DNA from: Candidatus Poribacteria bacterium
GTDB taxonomy: Bacteria; Poribacteria; WGA-4E; PCPOR2b
Direction: 5' to 3'
DNA: 64,000 nt
NCBI GenBank assembly: GCA_963665285.1
Contig: OY762266.1
Location: 2,337,527 to 2,401,526, forward strand
The position numbers and the translations under genes are program-made. The notes under the pieces are model-generated. The model saw nothing but the letters and a program-made list of their open reading frames with translations. It made no database searches and was not told the DNA's origin. Shown piece by piece: positions 1 to 10,316 of this stretch; the first letter of the stretch is position 1, and each line of letters begins with the position of its first letter.

Positions 1-194
1 CACCGATGGCGATACGCTTGCCACCTCCGCCCGACTTCACGGTGACTATCCTGCTGCGCGGATTACATGGACTGAGGGCGATATCGCCCAGTTCTTGGGG
101 CAAACTATCCACCTCCGCTTCACCTTGCGAAACGGACGGTTCTACTCCTACTGGTTCGATTCAACCTCGACTTAATCTTGAAAGGGGTACAGAG

Positions 195-1196
195 ATGAAA
201 GGTATTGTTTTTTTAGGTAACCGCCAATGCGCTGTCAAAGAGATTCCTACCCCGGAGCCGGGGAGTGGAGAAGTTCGGATTAAGATGAAGGTGTCGGGGA
301 TCTGTGGCAGCGATCTCCACGTGTATCGACCTGCGGAGCCAAGAGATTGGGTGCAAGGACATGAATCGTCCGGGGTGGTTGAAAAATTGGGACCGAATGT
401 AACTAACCTCAAAGTGGGGGATCGTGTGACCGTCCATCACCATCAGGGGTGCGGACAGTGCTACTACTGTTCGCTGGGCGATTTCGTCTGGTGCCCGGAT
501 GATAAGGTGGTCAGCGGGGCATTTGGCGAGTATGTTGTCGCAAACGAACGGAATTGTGTGGTACTCCCAGATCAGATCGACTTCATCGATGGTCCGTTTT
601 TCGCCTGTGTTGGAACTACAGCGTATGCAGCTTTGAGGCGGCTGGGAGTGGAACAGTATTTCCCGCAAACAATCGCCGTATACGGTCTAGGACCTGTCGG
701 ATTGAGCACCGTGCGCATTGCAAAGTCGATGGGAGCGCAAGTTATCGGCGTTGATGTCATGGAGGAACGCATCGAGGTCGCTAAAAGATGCGGAGCCGAT
801 GCTACCGTCAACGCTGCAACGCAAGATCCAGTGGAAGCCGTGGTTGCGTTCAGCGGGACAGAGGGCGTGGATTACGTTGTCGAGACCTCCGGCAGCACCG
901 GTGGTCGAAGTAGCATCATCCCGTCACTTCGCCGTGAGGGAAAAGCCGCACTTGTTGGTGTCGGAAGCGATGATAAGGTCATCAATCCGGGCGACATGGT
1001 TTATCGCCGAATCACACTGATGGGATCTGTCGTATTTCCAATTGGATGGCTAAAGGATTTCGTGCGATACTGCGCCCAAACGGGATTGACATTCGCGCCT
1101 GCAGTGACACACCATTTCCGCGTTGATGACGGCGTCGAGGCACTCCGTGTCGCCGACGAATCGAGATGCGGCAAAGTGGTATTTGATTGGGATTAG
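195..1196 (+). CDS. Zn-dependent alcohol dehydrogenase, MDR superfamily (threonine/sorbitol dehydrogenase-like)
   Basis: ATG at 195 preceded by AAAGGGG. The protein shows GroES-like catalytic-Zn motifs (CGSDLH...GHE), a structural-Zn cluster (CGQCYYC) and a Rossmann motif (GLGPVG). The 6-194 extension of the ORF track is unsupported. Confidence 0.8.
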   Translation: MKGIVFLGNRQCAVKEIPTPEPGSGEVRIKMKVSGICGSDLHVYRPAEPRDWVQGHESSGVVEKLGPNVTNLKVGDRVTVHHHQGCGQCYYCSLGDFVWCPDDKVVSGAFGEYVVANERNCVVLPDQIDFIDGPFFACVGTTAYAALRRLGVEQYFPQTIAVYGLGPVGLSTVRIAKSMGAQVIGVDVMEERIEVAKRCGADATVNAATQDPVEAVVAFSGTEGVDYVVETSGSTGGRSSIIPSLRREGKAALVGVGSDDKVINPGDMVYRRITLMGSVVFPIGWLKDFVRYCAQTGLTFAPAVTHHFRVDDGVEALRVADESRCGKVVFDWD

Positions 1197-1223
1197 TGAT
1201 TTTAAGAGACAGGGATAAATATA

Positions 1224-1592
1224 ATGGAAACTACAGTTAAACAGTGGCTGGACGAAAGTCGCAAAAAACTTCAAGCGGGTGAATTCACGACAGCGGACCT
1301 TCAACGGCTAGAGACGATTCTGACCGAACCAAGACAGATGGTGTTGTATCTCTATTCAAAGTCGACAAATATGCGTTCAGCGATTGCCAGTTGGGCATTG
1401 TATGATCCGACAGTGCCGTACGAGCCTACCCTGCCGTCACAGGACGTGCCATACGCCTCAGTTATTGAAGCGGTCAACGATGGATGGCGGATTGTTCAAT
1501 TTCCGAGGGCGGAACTCTACCAATTTTCGGACGTTGACAACACCTATCTAGGCTACGAATTCATCTTGGAAAAATCGACTTCAGACTTGTAA
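1224..1592 (+). CDS. hypothetical protein (acidic, 122 aa)
   Basis: Intact ORF lying 27 nt after the ADH gene and 12 nt before the PhyH gene, so operon context. I recognise no family. Confidence 0.45.
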   Translation: METTVKQWLDESRKKLQAGEFTTADLQRLETILTEPRQMVLYLYSKSTNMRSAIASWALYDPTVPYEPTLPSQDVPYASVIEAVNDGWRIVQFPRAELYQFSDVDNTYLGYEFILEKSTSDL

Positions 1593-1604
1593 CAGGAGGA
1601 AACG

Positions 1605-2399
1605 ATGAACGATATTCAACCCACTATGGACGACAGCCAAGTGATGGATTTTGTTTCGAGTGGTTCCGTGGTGCTGGAAGGGGTCGTCTCCGGCGAATTT
1701 AATCGTCAGTGCGAAACTTTGCCGGGCGGCAGCATAAACGAATTTGCTTGTTCTGCCGACTTTCGGAACGAAGTCCTTTTGCACCCGGAAGTCGCTGGTG
1801 TCCCCCGCTCTCTGCTCGGACGGAATTTCTTCATTCCGATAACCGCGCACCATCACCTATTTGAGGAAGCACACACCGGACAGACATGGCACTCCGATGG
1901 TCTGTCCGAATACGGTTACGGCGTCAATCATCTGCAATGCTACTACTATCCACAGGACGTTACACTTGAAGATGGTCCCACAATGGTGCTTCCCGGCTCC
2001 CATCATCGATTGGTTGATCGAGAGGCAATCGCCCATTACGGCGACATCTTGGGGCAGGTCTCCTTAACTGTCCCCGCCGGGACGGTTGTTTTGACCCACT
2101 ACGGCATCTGGCACAAAGCGGGACCTAAGTTGAACACAAAGCGTCGTGGGATGATTAAATTTTCGTACTTCCGAAATTCGCCGCCGAAGCGGGATTGGCT
2201 GATAGAGTCGAAGGAAATACCGCCTTACGCCAATCGTGAGCGGCATCCTTACGCCAACGAAGTCGAATCTTATCGCGACCTCGCACGTCGCCAACGCACA
2301 TGGAACTGGTTATGCGGGGTGGATACAACCCCAGATGTCAGCCACGGTGCCAAACTCTTCATCGACGCCCGCCCGCTCAGTGAGATTGCGAACGAATAG
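1605..2399 (+). CDS. phytanoyl-CoA dioxygenase (PhyH) family Fe(II)/2-oxoglutarate dioxygenase
   Basis: 2-His-1-carboxylate facial triad pattern (WHSDG ... H) typical of PhyH-like enzymes. GGAGGAAACG RBS precedes the ATG. Confidence 0.7.
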   Translation: MNDIQPTMDDSQVMDFVSSGSVVLEGVVSGEFNRQCETLPGGSINEFACSADFRNEVLLHPEVAGVPRSLLGRNFFIPITAHHHLFEEAHTGQTWHSDGLSEYGYGVNHLQCYYYPQDVTLEDGPTMVLPGSHHRLVDREAIAHYGDILGQVSLTVPAGTVVLTHYGIWHKAGPKLNTKRRGMIKFSYFRNSPPKRDWLIESKEIPPYANRERHPYANEVESYRDLARRQRTWNWLCGVDTTPDVSHGAKLFIDARPLSEIANE

Positions 2400-2412
2400 G
2401 AGAAGACTCGCC

Positions 2413-3159
2413 ATGAAAGTGCTAATTGTCGGAGGCGCAGGACATGTCGGAACCATGACGCTGCCCTACATGAAACCGCATCACCAGTTTCGCGTCCTCG
2501 ACCTCTCCCCACCCAAAGATCCAACCGTCGAATATATCGAAGGTTCGGTAACTGACCCGGAGGTTGTCCAACGTGCGGTCAAGGGTATGGACGCATTCAT
2601 CTACATGGTCATGCAGCGTCCCACCAATCACGCTTCGTCAGCAGCGGATTTTGACGATGTCATCGCCAACTATCAAGTCAACACGATGGGGCTCCACATT
2701 CTGCTGCACGCAGCGAAGGCAGAGGGCATCACGCACGGTGTATACACAAGCACGTTCACCGTCCATGAACGGACGCGTAATAAATACCCATCTGAGGAGG
2801 AGGTTCCGCTTGATAACCCCGGAGTATACGGCTTGACTAAAGGGTTTGGGGAGCGAATTTGTAAATACTTCTGTCGAGAACACGGTATGTCGATCATCGC
2901 CCTACGAATCACCGGTCCCAGGACCCGCCAGCAGTGGATTGAACAACGCGGGCAGCCTAGGTCCGATCAGGTCCATCTCTGGGTAACCGATGAGGAAGAC
3001 CTTGCGCGGGCTTACCTTGCGGGACTTTCCGTCGAACATACAGGTTTTGACGCCGTATTCATTGCCGGTGACGAGAAACAGCAAGAGATTAATCTGTCAA
3101 AAGCTAAGCGAGTGCTCGGTTGGGAGCCGTTGACACATACTTATGTGAAAACTGATTAA
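2413..3159 (+). CDS. NAD-dependent epimerase/dehydratase (extended SDR)
   Basis: N-terminal GGAGHVG Rossmann motif. ATG at 2413 preceded by AGGAGAAG. The longer 2236 start in the ORF track overlaps the PhyH gene and lacks an RBS. Confidence 0.75.
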   Translation: MKVLIVGGAGHVGTMTLPYMKPHHQFRVLDLSPPKDPTVEYIEGSVTDPEVVQRAVKGMDAFIYMVMQRPTNHASSAADFDDVIANYQVNTMGLHILLHAAKAEGITHGVYTSTFTVHERTRNKYPSEEEVPLDNPGVYGLTKGFGERICKYFCREHGMSIIALRITGPRTRQQWIEQRGQPRSDQVHLWVTDEEDLARAYLAGLSVEHTGFDAVFIAGDEKQQEINLSKAKRVLGWEPLTHTYVKTD

Positions 3160-3321
3160 CCCCATAGCAGTAGGCATATTCCGTATGCCGTAACTCTTGC
3201 GCAAGTTACGCTACAGTAGAGTATGCTTACATATTGTCCTCACGCCTATTGGTCATATAGTTCTATCGCCACGGCCACCTGCATAACCATTGCCGCCTAC
3301 CTCCCCAACTGTCTAAACAGC

Positions 3322-4983
3322 ATGAAATCTATTTTTCCGGCATGTGTCCTACTTCTCATCAGTAGCCCTTCCATTGCAGACTCGTCGAAGTTTATATCAG
3401 TCACAAAAGAAGCGGGCATCCACTTCAAACACCATGATGGGACGAGCGGACAACGATACTTCATCGAACCCCTCGGTGGTGGCGCAGCATTTCTGGACTA
3501 CAACAACGACGGATTCCAAGACATATACCTCGTCAACAGCGCAGCCCTCTCTCCGCCTCCAAAGGAACAATCAGATAGAAGCGAACCATCACGAAACGCG
3601 CTCTATCGCAACAACGGTGATGGCACGTTTACCGATGTCGCAGTAACAGCAGGGGTCGCCGATACAGGCTACGGTATGGGGTGTGCGGTTGGCGACTACG
3701 ACAACGACGGGTTTCCCGACCTATACGTGACAAACTTCGGGGCAAACGTTTTTTTCCATAACAACGGTGATGGCACCTTTACCGATGTCACGACGCAGAC
3801 AGGTGCCGGGGACACGCGCTGTGGGGCAAGCTGCGCCTTCGTAGATTACAATAACGACGGTTTTTTAGACCTCTATGTGACAAACTATGTGAAGTATGAC
3901 ATCGAATCCGATTCGGTGTGCATGAATAAAGGGGTGCGTGTTTACTGCGATCCGCGCCTCTATGAGGGGGAATTGGATATCCTCTACCATAACAACGGTG
4001 ACGGCACTTTTACCGATGTGACGGTATCCGCAGGCTTTTCTGAGGCAACGGGACGGGGACTTGCCATCGCTTGGGGCGATTACGATGACGATGGTGATAT
4101 GGATATCTATATCGCGAACGATGCCGACCCAAATTTCCTCTACCGCAACAACGGCGACAGTACCTTTACCGATGTCAGCCTGACCGCAGGCGTCGGGTTC
4201 AGTGAAGATGGGGAAGCGGAGAACGGCATGGGCGCTGACTTCGGGGATTACGATAACGATGGCTACTTGGACCTTGTCGTTACCAACTTCCAAGATCAGA
4301 CAAACACCCTCTACCACAACGAAGGGAATGGACTATTCTCGGATGTAAGCTATGCGTCAAAAATCGGGACAATAAGTTTGCCTTACTTGGCGTGGGGGAT
4401 AAGCTTCTTCGATTACGATAATAACGGCTATCAAGATCTGTTCATCGCCAACGGACATCTGGACGAAAATGTTCAGGCGTTCGACCCCACTGGATTTTAT
4501 GAACAGCCCAATCTGCTCTTCCGCAACAATCGAGATGGCACCTTTGACGAAGTCGGTGTTGATTTAGGATCTGGAATGCGCTTGGAAAAGGTCAGCCGTG
4601 GTTTCGCGTACGCTGACTACGACAACGACGGCGATCTCGACCTGCTCGTGACAAACCTGAAGGGGTCTCCAGACCTACTGGAGAATAGGGGAGGACAGAA
4701 TGCGTGGTTGACTCTCAAACTGATTGGTACACGCAGCAATCGGGATGCAATTGGGGCACGGGTTAAAGTAACAACCGGGGACCTAACACAGATTCGGGCG
4801 GTTCGGAGCGGTTCAAGCTACCTTTCGCAGAATGACATGCGTTTGCATTTTGGACTGGGAAAACATCGTCAAGTCGACCGGATAGAGATCCGATGGCCCA
4901 GCGGTCTACAGGAGCACCTTGAAGGAGTTAAAGCGAATCAAATTCTTACGTTGATCGAGGGAACCGTAAAATCGAGCCAGTAG
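3322..4983 (+). CDS. secreted FG-GAP/VCBS-repeat protein with ASPIC/UnbV C-terminal domain (CRTAC1-like)
   Basis: Signal peptide MKSIFPACVLLLISSPSIA. At least 7 repeats of the YRNNGDGTFTDV / GDYDNDG(F/Y)xDL calcium-binding FG-GAP type. C-terminal NAWLxLKLxG...G(A)RVKV UnbV_ASPIC signature. Confidence 0.8.
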   Translation: MKSIFPACVLLLISSPSIADSSKFISVTKEAGIHFKHHDGTSGQRYFIEPLGGGAAFLDYNNDGFQDIYLVNSAALSPPPKEQSDRSEPSRNALYRNNGDGTFTDVAVTAGVADTGYGMGCAVGDYDNDGFPDLYVTNFGANVFFHNNGDGTFTDVTTQTGAGDTRCGASCAFVDYNNDGFLDLYVTNYVKYDIESDSVCMNKGVRVYCDPRLYEGELDILYHNNGDGTFTDVTVSAGFSEATGRGLAIAWGDYDDDGDMDIYIANDADPNFLYRNNGDSTFTDVSLTAGVGFSEDGEAENGMGADFGDYDNDGYLDLVVTNFQDQTNTLYHNEGNGLFSDVSYASKIGTISLPYLAWGISFFDYDNNGYQDLFIANGHLDENVQAFDPTGFYEQPNLLFRNNRDGTFDEVGVDLGSGMRLEKVSRGFAYADYDNDGDLDLLVTNLKGSPDLLENRGGQNAWLTLKLIGTRSNRDAIGARVKVTTGDLTQIRAVRSGSSYLSQNDMRLHFGLGKHRQVDRIEIRWPSGLQEHLEGVKANQILTLIEGTVKSSQ

Positions 4984-5002
4984 GGGCGGGGTATCCCCGC
5001 CC
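4983..5002. terminator. GC-rich hairpin GGGGCGGGG-TAT-CCCCGCCC between convergent genes (bidirectional terminator candidate)
   Basis: Perfect 8-9 bp G/C stem seen directly. It sits between the stop of the + gene (4983) and the stop of the - gene (5047). The same stem sequence recurs at 30175. Confidence 0.5.
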
Positions 5003-5046
5003 ACACAACGTCAGGGAATCAGATGCGATGGCTCCCTGACAACCTC

Positions 5047-7548
5047 CTATTTGACAATCACCATCCGCCGTGACGCAGAATAATCCCCCGTCCGCAGTTG
5101 ATAGAAATAGACACCGCTTGCTACCGATTCCCCACTTGTGTTGCGACCATCCCAATAGGCTGCTTTTGACCGATCTGTGTAGTACCCCGCAGGCTGATGC
5201 CCCAGATCTAATTGACGCACTATTGCACCTTTGGTGTCATAAATGATGATTTGGACATCGGCAGCATGAGCGAGATGGTACGGTATCCATGTTTCTGGAT
5301 TGAACGGATTTGGGTAGTTAGGCAATAAGGAATTCTCTTTCGGAGTCAACGCGGCGAGGAGTTGTTCCAACACAGCGATGCCGCGCAGATAGACAGGATC
5401 CCTCAATGCCATTTGCTGTGCTTGCGTCAGCCAACCCTCGACCTTGACGGCGGTGAGTTTCGCAAGTGCTTGTGGATGCGCGGAGGGCGCAGCTGCTACA
5501 TTGCCAAGCATACTAGCAACTGTGACGAGATCGAAAATATTGACAACCCCATCCCCGTTGACATCGGCACTATTCTGTCCTATTCGTCCGAAGTTTGAGC
5601 CAACAATCGCCAAATCGGAGATGTCCACCACGCCATCATGGTTGACATCTCCGAGCGGTGATGGTTCTGTTGTGGGGATAATCTCCCACAGAAGCACCGT
5701 GCCGTCCGCACTTCCACTTGCTAGTGTGGTGCCATCCGGACTGAACGCAATGCTCCTAACCACCCTCGTATATCCAGTGAAGGTCTCCTTGTGTGCACCT
5801 GTCGTGGCATCCCACAAGCGGATAGTTCCGTCCGCACTTCCACTTGCGAGCGTGTTCCCATCCGGGCTGAAAGCAACGCTCAAGATCAAGCTTGTATGCC
5901 CGGTAAGTGTCTGCTTATGTTCACCCGTGACGGCATCCCACAGACGGAGGGTATCATCCCCACTCCCACTGGCGAGTGTATTTCCATCCGGACTGAACGC
6001 TACACTGTAGACCCGACTCGTATGCTCAGTAAATGTTTGTTTGTGTTCCCCCGTGACGGCATCCCACAGACGGAGGGTATCATCCCCACTCCCACTTGCG
6101 AGCGTCGCTCCATCCGGGCTGAACGCCACGCTATAGACAAAATAGGTGTGCCCGGTAAGTATCTGCTTGTGTGTGTCCGCCATGATGTCCCACAGCCGTG
6201 CCGTTCCATCTTGACTTCCACTGGCAAGGGTGTTCCCATCCGGGCTGAACGCAACGCTATAGATTGGAGACCTATGCACATTGAGTATCTGCTTGCGTTC
6301 ACCCGCGATGATATCCCACAACCAGATGGTAGAATCCACACCAGCACTTGCGAGTGTGTCCCCATCCGGGCTAAACACAACACTATAAACCTCCGACCCA
6401 TACCCTGTGAGTGTCTGTTTGTGTTCACTCGTAACGACATCCCACAGATCTACTGTGCTGTCCACATGCCCACTTGCGAGCGTGTTTCCATCCGGGCTGA
6501 ATGCGACACTCCAGACATCATTCGTATGTCCGGTGAGTACCTTCTTGTGTGCACCTGTGACGGCATCCCACAGACGAATAGTTCCATCCACACTTCCACT
6601 TGCGAGTGTGTTTCCATCCGGGCTAAATGCGACGCCATAGACCTCAGCCGTATGCTTGGTGAGCATCTGCTTGTGTGCACCCGTCACAGCATCCCACAGA
6701 TGGACAGTTCCATCCGGCGCACCCCCACCACTAGCAAGCGTCCGTCCATCCGGGCTAAACGCGACGCTATAGACAAAAGACTTGTGCCTGTCAAGCGTTT
6801 GCTTGCGTTCGCCTGTTACGGCATCCCACAGATAGATAATCCCGTTCGACCAACCCACACCACCGGTCCCACCACCGGCCAGTGTTTCCCCATCCGGGCT
6901 GAAGGCAACGGTAAGAAATGCAATCTTACGCTCGATTGTCCCCTTGTGTTTACCCGTCACAGCATCCCACAGGCGGATGGTCCTGTCGTCACTCCCACTT
7001 GCGAGCGTGTTCCCATCCGGACTGAATGCGACGCTCCAGACCGAATCCGTATGCCCTGTAAGGGTCTGCTTGTGTTCACCCGTGAGGACATCCCACAGGC
7101 GAATTTCCCCATAACTCCCACTGGCAAGCGTGTTTCCATCCGGGCTGAAGGCAACGCTATTGACCTCCCACTCGTGTCCGGTGAGTATCTCCTTGTGTTC
7201 ACCCGTGACGGCATCCCATAGCCAGATGGTTTTGTCATAACCCCCACCGGCAAGCGTGTTTCCATCCGGGCTAAACGCAACGCTCCGGACCAAATCTGTA
7301 TGCCCCGTGAGCACGGCAACCTCTTGATAGGCTTCCGTATCATAGAGCCAAATACCAATACCACTAGCAACAGCGAGCAGAGTGCCATCAGGAGAATACA
7401 CAATATTACCAGATATACGTCCTTTACCAAGGCGGGCTTTGGCACCATCAGGTAACCCCCATCGCGCGTAATCTTGGGCGAAGGTGTCTGGTAAAAACAG
7501 GAGCATCACAAAGATAAGTGTGAGTATAGAAAATTGCGTTGCTTTCAT
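5047..7548 (-). CDS. WD40-repeat protein with dockerin-type repeats and T9SS (Por) C-terminal sorting domain
   Basis: Signal peptide MKATQFSILTLIFVMLLFLP. About 14 WD40 units (GHTxxVxSVAFSPDGxTLASGSxDxTIRLWD). DVNxDGVVxIxDL dockerin repeats. C-terminal PNYPNPFNPETWI...GVYFYQLRTGDY...K resembles the TIGR04183-type sorting tail. Start moved to the internal ATG at 7548. Confidence 0.8.
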   Translation of the reverse strand: MKATQFSILTLIFVMLLFLPDTFAQDYARWGLPDGAKARLGKGRISGNIVYSPDGTLLAVASGIGIWLYDTEAYQEVAVLTGHTDLVRSVAFSPDGNTLAGGGYDKTIWLWDAVTGEHKEILTGHEWEVNSVAFSPDGNTLASGSYGEIRLWDVLTGEHKQTLTGHTDSVWSVAFSPDGNTLASGSDDRTIRLWDAVTGKHKGTIERKIAFLTVAFSPDGETLAGGGTGGVGWSNGIIYLWDAVTGERKQTLDRHKSFVYSVAFSPDGRTLASGGGAPDGTVHLWDAVTGAHKQMLTKHTAEVYGVAFSPDGNTLASGSVDGTIRLWDAVTGAHKKVLTGHTNDVWSVAFSPDGNTLASGHVDSTVDLWDVVTSEHKQTLTGYGSEVYSVVFSPDGDTLASAGVDSTIWLWDIIAGERKQILNVHRSPIYSVAFSPDGNTLASGSQDGTARLWDIMADTHKQILTGHTYFVYSVAFSPDGATLASGSGDDTLRLWDAVTGEHKQTFTEHTSRVYSVAFSPDGNTLASGSGDDTLRLWDAVTGEHKQTLTGHTSLILSVAFSPDGNTLASGSADGTIRLWDATTGAHKETFTGYTRVVRSIAFSPDGTTLASGSADGTVLLWEIIPTTEPSPLGDVNHDGVVDISDLAIVGSNFGRIGQNSADVNGDGVVNIFDLVTVASMLGNVAAAPSAHPQALAKLTAVKVEGWLTQAQQMALRDPVYLRGIAVLEQLLAALTPKENSLLPNYPNPFNPETWIPYHLAHAADVQIIIYDTKGAIVRQLDLGHQPAGYYTDRSKAAYWDGRNTSGESVASGVYFYQLRTGDYSASRRMVIVK

Positions 7549-7967
7549 TAGATTCTGTTGACATCTCCTTTCATTAGGTTCTGTTGATATTTCAACGGAG
7601 CTATATAGGATCTGACATGAATCGTTCCCGAACAAAATTCACTTGCCTCATCGGCTGCAAGCAATTTAGATACCACAATTATCTTGAATCATGCGAAGCG
7701 CATTTTGAAAAAGCCAGATTTGCCGGTAAATGCGTTCTCCGGGCGGGCTTTGCATCTGCTTTTGACATGAGGTATGATTTCAAAAGGACGGGCTGTATTC
7801 ACAAAGAAGATGTTCAAACTATGAACACTCCCGTTGCAAAAATGATACATGGGTACATGGAATGGGTGAGCCAACTTCAATTGTGCTAAATGGATTATCA
7901 ATGGGTGTAGGTATTATATCTCCGACGGACGATGAATTGCACTAATACGAACGGGCGTTTGTAGTAG

Positions 7968-7998
7968 CGCAATTCATTGCGCGTCTTGAACATAGGTA
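7968..7998. repeat. REP-like palindromic repeat GTTTGTAGTAGCGCAATTCATTGCGCGTCTT (copy 1)
   Basis: 31-nt identity with 31196-31226. A variant lies at 55714-55734. It contains the hairpin GCGCAA-TTCA-TTGCGC. Confidence 0.5.
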
Positions 7999-8065
7999 AA
8001 TGCTTCTGATTTGCAGAAATTGTTGAGGTTGTTGATTCTCCTAGCGTCTATGGGTCTTTTCAATG

Positions 8066-9076
8066 CTATTTCCCAGCCGGCTTGCCTTCCTGCAATTTTG
8101 CGTTGTTTTCTCGGACTAGTTCAGCGACCGCCGGTTCAAGGGCGTGTCCCCGCACATCCGACTTGCGAACCACGCCTTCGCCATCAATGAGGTACATGTG
8201 CGGAATGGCACTGATACCGTACATCTGCGCCACCCGATTCTGCCAACCGTTTCCATCAAAAACCTGGGGCCAAGTAATTCCTTCCTTTTCTAGGTAACCC
8301 ACCAGTTTATCTCGACTCTGATCGAGGCTAATTCCAATGATCTGGAAGTTCTGATCCTTATATTTATCGTAGGCCTGCTTCACGTTGGGCATTTCAGCGA
8401 TACACGGTGCACACCAAACCGCCCAGAAGTCTAGCAAGATTACATTGCCGCGATATTGCTCCAGCGATAGGTCGTTGCCGTTGAGGTCTTTCACGTTGAA
8501 ATCGATTGCCTTTTTGCCAACCAGCGCATCTGGTCGACCTCTGTGCGAGGATCTTGTAGGGATTTCGCCGGTGCGGTTCCCCTTTTCTAGTGCCAGTAAC
8601 CGCTTCGCCGTCTTCGCAGATGCGCGCGAACCGTACTTTGGGTGTTCAATTAGTTGATGATATGCTGCATCCGCTTTGTCGTGCTGACCGAGCCGGTCAT
8701 AGGCTAACCCCATCTCCAGCAGCGCAAGCGCGAAATAGGTGGCTTTCGGATGATTATCCACAAGCTGTTGATAAGCCTTAACCGCCTCCTCGGCATTGCC
8801 TGTTTTGGTCAGTGCATTGCCAAAAATATAGTAAACCTGATCGATCCGTTTATATTTCGGGTGCTCTGCGATAAACGCACGCGATTTCTGAATCAGCATC
8901 TTGAGTCCTGCCGGTTCACTGTCTTGGAGGACCATTTTATGGAGTCGCTTGATCTCTTGATACTTGTAGCTGGCTTTGATTGAAGCCGCATCGACGGAAG
9001 AGATGCAAAACGTTGTGATTACACAGCCAACCATGGCAAGTAACAGATAGCGGCGGAAATCATTGTAAGAACGCAT
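8066..9076 (-). CDS. TPR-repeat thiol-disulfide oxidoreductase, TlpA/ResA-like thioredoxin family
   Basis: N-terminal TM/signal plus TPR region. C-terminal thioredoxin fold with active site WAVWCAPC. Strong RBS AGGAGGT 7 nt upstream. Confidence 0.75.
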   Translation of the reverse strand: MRSYNDFRRYLLLAMVGCVITTFCISSVDAASIKASYKYQEIKRLHKMVLQDSEPAGLKMLIQKSRAFIAEHPKYKRIDQVYYIFGNALTKTGNAEEAVKAYQQLVDNHPKATYFALALLEMGLAYDRLGQHDKADAAYHQLIEHPKYGSRASAKTAKRLLALEKGNRTGEIPTRSSHRGRPDALVGKKAIDFNVKDLNGNDLSLEQYRGNVILLDFWAVWCAPCIAEMPNVKQAYDKYKDQNFQIIGISLDQSRDKLVGYLEKEGITWPQVFDGNGWQNRVAQMYGISAIPHMYLIDGEGVVRKSDVRGHALEPAVAELVRENNAKLQEGKPAGK

Positions 9077-9151
9077 GGTGATACCTCCTGTTCGGTTTGA
9101 TGGGGTATGGGACCTGTCCTATTCCGATAGCATGACGTAACTGCGTCACTC

Positions 9152-9754
9152 TTATTGAGTGAGTGCCTGCTGATAGGAGTAATTCAGCAATAGTTTAATC
9201 TCTTCAACTTGTACGGCTTGTAGAAACGTTTTCACAGCTTCCGGCGTTGACCTATCCCCATCCGCAGCCTGACACCAATCAACAAATCGAAAAGCATCCC
9301 AGTCTTCTATTTCCCCAATCGCCTCAATATAATCTGCGAGCGAGTCCGATTCCACTGAACCCGATTGAAGCAGCGCTAACGCCTGTTCACGGAGAGCAGG
9401 AAAGGTGGGATGACCTCCAACGCGCCTAAACCAGTACTTCGCGTTGCTATAATCTGGTTCGCGGCGGTGCATAATGCCGTGCCAATAGCTGCCCGTTCTG
9501 CTTTCAAGTCCTTGTGAGATTGTGTGTGATGCGTCAAGCGCATCGTTCCAGAGCAACAACCCGCTCTGCAAAGCGTGTCCCATTATTGAATCCTTAATGG
9601 ATTGACCATCAAAAAGATTCTCTAGCGAAATGTCGTTAATTTGATCGGTGAGTTCGCTGTTCCATTCTGCGCTTGGGGCAAGTGGCGGCAGTGGGTCACG
9701 GGTTTCTAACTTCTTTACAATACCTGCAATTGTCAATGAATATTCTAAACTCAT
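9152..9754 (-). CDS. hypothetical protein (200 aa)
   Basis: Intact ORF 24 nt downstream of the VOC gene on the same strand. No family recognised. Confidence 0.45.
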   Translation of the reverse strand: MSLEYSLTIAGIVKKLETRDPLPPLAPSAEWNSELTDQINDISLENLFDGQSIKDSIMGHALQSGLLLWNDALDASHTISQGLESRTGSYWHGIMHRREPDYSNAKYWFRRVGGHPTFPALREQALALLQSGSVESDSLADYIEAIGEIEDWDAFRFVDWCQAADGDRSTPEAVKTFLQAVQVEEIKLLLNYSYQQALTQ

Positions 9755-9778
9755 GACACCCTCCTTTTCGTAGCGGTA

Positions 9779-10249
9779 CTACGACTGTGCGCCCCCTTCT
9801 GCGATGGCGAGCAACTCCTCGTCTGACAGTTCGAGATCGACCGGCTCAGACAGCGGTTGCGCTACCTTGTATGGTGTTTTCGCATAGATCTCAACAACGT
9901 TGTCATCGGGATCATAGCAGTAAATGGCAAGGGCGATGCCGTGGCTGACGATACTGCGGAAACGCACGCCTTCCTCCTTCAGCCGATGATAAAATTGCTT
10001 CAGCGCTGGCAAATCTTCTACAATAAAAGACACCTGTTGAATAACCTTTGCCCCCGCTGGTACGTCCCTACCCGGACAGAGGGCAACTTCATGATGTTCC
10101 TCGTCTGGCTGTGCACTGAGGAAGGTGATATTACCATCAGGGTCTTCATCGGTAACTGTGAGCCCTAAGATACGGGTGTAAAAATCTTTGGACCGTTGCA
10201 GGTCGGTGCAGTAAATTCCTACGTGTCCTAGCTCTTTGACTGCTAGCAT
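9779..10249 (-). CDS. VOC family protein (glyoxalase/bleomycin resistance/extradiol dioxygenase fold)
   Basis: VKELGHVGIYCTDL ... two beta-alpha-beta-beta-beta modules typical of VOC proteins. Start moved to the ATG at 10249, which has a perfect GGAGGAG RBS. Confidence 0.7.
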   Translation of the reverse strand: MLAVKELGHVGIYCTDLQRSKDFYTRILGLTVTDEDPDGNITFLSAQPDEEHHEVALCPGRDVPAGAKVIQQVSFIVEDLPALKQFYHRLKEEGVRFRSIVSHGIALAIYCYDPDDNVVEIYAKTPYKVAQPLSEPVDLELSDEELLAIAEGGAQS

Positions 10250-10316
10250 ATTTTTCTCCTCCTGTTCTGAAAACAACAAATTAGCAAGGGATGCGCCTCG
10301 ATAAGATCGGGAGCCT

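Noticed and set aside
6-194. 63-codon N-terminal extension of the first dehydrogenase ORF
   Set aside because: There is no stop upstream simply because the window starts here. The MDR family N-terminus aligns with the ATG at 195, which has a proper RBS.
3344-4317. 100-aa (+) and 150-aa (-) ORFs within the FG-GAP gene
   Set aside because: They are alternative-frame or antisense artefacts inside a strongly supported repeat-protein CDS.
5444-7221. Long plus-strand ORFs (188, 476, 77 aa) overlapping the WD40 gene
   Set aside because: They are antisense to a highly repetitive WD40 coding sequence. The repeat periodicity produces long stop-free antisense frames. They have no RBS and low-complexity P/S/T-rich translations.
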